Assembly (NCBI GenBank): GCA_010909165.1
Contig: MU008156.1
Coordinates: 186,001 to 250,000, forward strand
From: Anthoceros angustus
Lineage: Eukaryota; Plantae; Anthocerotophyta
Length of the DNA: 64,000 nt
Direction: 5' to 3'
Below are positions 60,418-64,000 of this stretch, piece by piece. The notes beneath the pieces are model-generated. The model saw only the letters and a list, made by a program, of their open reading frames with translations. It searched no databases and was not told the origin of the DNA. A program made the position numbers and the translations under genes. How positions within the stretch are numbered: position 1 is the stretch's first letter; every line of letters starts with the position of its first letter.

Positions 60418-63145
60418 ATGAGCAGTGTGTCCGATCAGGACGGTTTTGGGGATATATTCAATACAGCTGAATTTGAACCTGAGGTCGAACAACAAGCCAT
60501 AAATATGGCAAATGCACCCTCAACTCCAAACTATGGAGGTAATGAATCCTTCAAGGAGAAGGATCGGTTCAATGGCAATGACTTTGACATATGGCAGATC
60601 CGGATGGAGGGCGTCCTCGAAATGAGGGGCCTGCTCAAACATGCAACCGGAAAGGTAGTGAAACGACGAGGATCTTGGGAGAAGAAGAATGGTTAGCTAA
60701 GGATAGCGGAGCCAAGTACCTCATTCGTGGCGACAACCGAAATGTTGAGGCGAATGGGTGGAAACTTCAGCCGAAATCATGAATCGTCTAAAGGAACTCT
60801 ACGCAGCGAACATGGTCGGTGCAATGACTTTAAGAAATTTCGAACTTGAGAATGAAGGATGGGGACTCGGTGGAGAAGCACGTGAGTACCTTTAGGACCC
60901 TAGCCTCCCGGCCTGTGGTGCCTCTAAAGTTGCCATCAAGGATGATGAGATGGTGATGAGGCTCCTTCTTCGCTTCGAGTCTTGGTCACACTTGACCTCC
61001 CACACTGCTCGACACAAGCTACAGTTAGCTAAGAAGCAAGGCATAGAGATGCGAGATGTCATTCTCACAACTTGTGAGTTCCATGCGCAAGAAGAGGCAA
61101 GAACTAATCACAAGAAAGGTGGAAACAACAGCCTGACACCTCAAATCAAGGCGAGGAGGCAAGAAATCCTTCTCCAAAGGAGGTGGTGGAAATCCTTCCA
61201 AGGGAGGTAGCTCAGCGGATCCTCATCCGGGAAGAAGACTAAAGCAGCACAATCGGTGCAAGCCGCTGGACATTGGGAAAAGAGTGTCGCAAAAGCAAGC
61301 TGGAATTCCTCGCAAGGAGGGCACCAGACGCCAATGTTGTGGTAAAGAAGGCTAATACCCCATCAGCTCTTACAGTTGGGACTAGGGAGTTTGCTAGTCC
61401 ATTCGCTTCCACTTGCCTTTCGCCAAAGCTAATGAAACCAATAGATGAATGGTATTTAGATACGGTGCTCGCACACATACGCTTTGATAGAAATGCTTTC
61501 AAAACATATAGGTCTTTTCCGGATCGGTATGTTACCTTGGGGACGACAGTCTCTAGTCTCACATGGTCGTGGCAGTTGAGTTGCTAGTTCCTCTGAGGAT
61601 CACACTCATGTTGTTAGAAGTCTACTATGTGCCAGAAATGACTAGAAACCTTATTTCAGTCAGACGATTGAATGCAGATAACAACAGTCACGTTGTTTTC
61701 ACTAGGACAGATTGTAGAATCATCGATGCTATTGACCCTAGAAAGGTCCTTGCACATGGGTCTTCGGACCACGATCTGTTCCGTCTCCATTTGCACAGTG
61801 GAATAGCAGAGTCCCACCTGACACAAGACATCTCCCTTGCATCTGCACAACAAACAGCAAAGTCTAAGTTGTGGCATGCACGCTTGGGTCACCCTCACAT
61901 GGCAAAGCTGCAAAATTGGTGTGAGTGACTGTATCAAGATGGACCTATTGGCCCTTTGACGCCATACCTTTATGTGAGGCTTGTGTGTTGTCGAAGAAAC
62001 ACCAAGCTGCCTTCAAGAACAAAGCACCTCATCGTCCGATGATCTCCTTGAGCTTGTACATCGACCTATGTGGACCCTTATCTCAAGCGTCCATAGGAGG
62101 TGGACGTTATTTTCTAACGTTCTGATGACAAGAGCGGTTGTCACCACCTATATCACGAAGAACAAAAGCGAATGTTTCTCCTACTTCAAGGAATACATCA
62201 AATTCGAGCGTTGGAAAAACTCAAGACACGAGATCCGATAATGGCGGGAATTTACATCTAATGAATTCCAGTAAAAGATGAAGGCATTGGGCGCCAACTC
62301 ACCGTGTATACACTCCACGTGAGAATGGAGTGGCGGGCGCTTGAACCTCACATTGCGGAGATGGTCTCCTCATTGTTACATGATGCTCATTTGCCACTAC
62401 CCTCGGTGAGGCTTTGATGACTTCAACTTTTCTCGAGCAGTTACCCACCACTGCAGTTGAAGGCAAAACTCCTTATGAGGTTTTTACAGGCAGGAAGCCC
62501 TCTATTCAACACTTGCGGACCTTCGGCTGTCTCGCATATGCCTTCATCCCTAAACAGAAACGCGATAAGCTGTCAGATAAGTCATGCAAGCTGCTTATGC
62601 TGGGGTATACAGAGGGGATTAAAGCTTACAAGCTATATGATGTCCCTACCAATAGAGTCATCTATGCTCGGAGTGTTACATTTGATGAAACCAGTACTTG
62701 GGCGTCAGTGGGAGCACACACTCATGTTCCCACACCTGAAGATAGTGAGGAAACTTATGAACTCTCTCACTATGACCTGACAGATCATGGCACTCATGCT
62801 TATACTCTCCCTGTTGAGGAACATGTTCCTGCAGGAGGGGACAATCAGGCGGAGAAGAAGAACAACTTGACATTCAACGAAATGCCAGCGGATCTACAGG
62901 ATCACATTCCTCAACCGGTATAGCGATCGATGATGCAACGGTGATCGATCGGGATGCTCTTGACGAGGAATTAGAGGAAGTTAATGATGTACTTCTGCGA
63001 ACTGAGCGAGCCTACTCGACATTACCCTACACGTGAACGTCGACCTCCTGACTACTATCATGCACGACTTGAGATTACCTCTTCTCATGTGAAGGCTTAT
63101 GCGCCACATTAGATCCCATAGAGCCACGGTCTTATGAGGAAGCTC
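60418..63145 (+). mobile_element. Ty1/copia LTR retrotransposon gag-protease-integrase region, frameshifted; 5' LTR probably within ~59.4-60.34 kb
   Basis: DRFNGNDFDIWQIRMEGVL (gag), Zn knuckle, WYLDT (protease), LWHARLGHP..CEACVLSK, DLCGP..GGRYFLTF, DNGGE, GKTPYEVFTGRKPSIQHLRTFGC..LGY, EPRSYEEAL. Confidence 0.92.
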
Positions 63146-64000
63146 TCGCAGCGAACATGGTCGGTCTGATGACTTTAAGAAATTTCGAACTTGAGAATGA
63201 AGGATGGGGACTCGGTGGAGAAGCACGTGAGTACCTTTAGGACCCTAGCCTCCCGGCGGTGCCTCTAAAGTTGCCATCAAGGATGATGAGATGGTGATGA
63301 GGCTCCTTCTTTCGCTTCGAGTCTTGGTCACACTTGACCTCCCACCTGTTGCTCGACACAAGCTACTGTTAGCTAAGAAGCAAGGCATAGAGATGCGAGA
63401 TGTCATTCTCACAACTTGTGAGTTCCATCGCAAGAAGAGGCAAGCGGAACTAATCACAAGAAAGCGGAAACAATCAAATCAAGGCGAGGAGGCAAGAAAT
63501 CCTTCTCCAAAGGAGGTGGTGGAAATCCTTCCAAGGGAGGTAGCTCAGTGATCCTCATCCGGGAAGAAGACTAAAAAGCCAGCACTGGCTGGTGCAAGCT
63601 GGACATTGGGAAAAGAGTGTCGCAAAAGCAAGCTGGAATTCCTCAAGGAGGGCACCAGCCAATGTTGTGGTAAAGAAGGCTAATACCCCATCAGCTCTTC
63701 TGATTGGGACTAGGGAGTTTGCTAGTCCATTCTTTCCTTCCAAAGCTAATCTGAAACCAATAGATGAATGGTATTTAGATACGGTGCTCACACACATACG
63801 CTTTGATAGAAATGCTTTCAAAACATATAGGTCTTTTCCGGATCGGTATGTTACCTTGGGGACAGTCTCTAGTCTCACATGGTCGTGGCAGTTGAGTTGC
63901 TAGTTCCTCAGGATCACACTCATGTTGTTAGAAGTCTACTATGTGCGAAATGACTAGAAACCTTATTTCGATTGAATCAGATAACAACGATCCGTTGTTT
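63145..64000 (+). mobile_element. Tandem re-start of the copia gag/protease region (duplicate of ~60795-61700), runs off the window
   Basis: Near-identical to 60800-61700, with independent indels. Confidence 0.9.

Overview
Eukaryotic nuclear DNA from a seed-free land plant. Very compact genes, ~70-150 nt GT-AG introns, PLS-PPR editing factors and a retained CDC14 look hornwort-like (inference). Positions ~2.2-40.3 kb are gene-dense and contain, in order: a plastid Zn-ribbon membrane protein, two tandem PPR genes, an F-box/Kelch gene, CDC14, a degenerate U11/U12-65K fragment, PEX10, a PEX10-exon-1-like copy fused to or just upstream of a bHLH IVb gene, tRNA-Ala(CGC), an ArfGAP, a GRAS TF, a ZWINT-like gene, a 2Fe-2S ferredoxin-like gene, and an unusual multipass membrane protein with possible 7TM ion-channel (GRL/PHTF-like) features. 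Positions ~40.3-64 kb are a repeat block of visibly lower sequence quality, with many indels, (GC)n-like tracts and three kb-scale tandem duplications. This block holds the most interesting element: a Sola1/DUF7869-type DNA transposase, divergently paired with an intron-containing gene encoding a ParB/Srx-like domain, a beta-class N6A/N4C DNA methyltransferase-like domain and a Cys-rich tail, followed by ~128-bp palindrome-bearing arrays. A Ty1/copia retroelement ends the window. All family calls come from motif recognition by eye; no database search was run.
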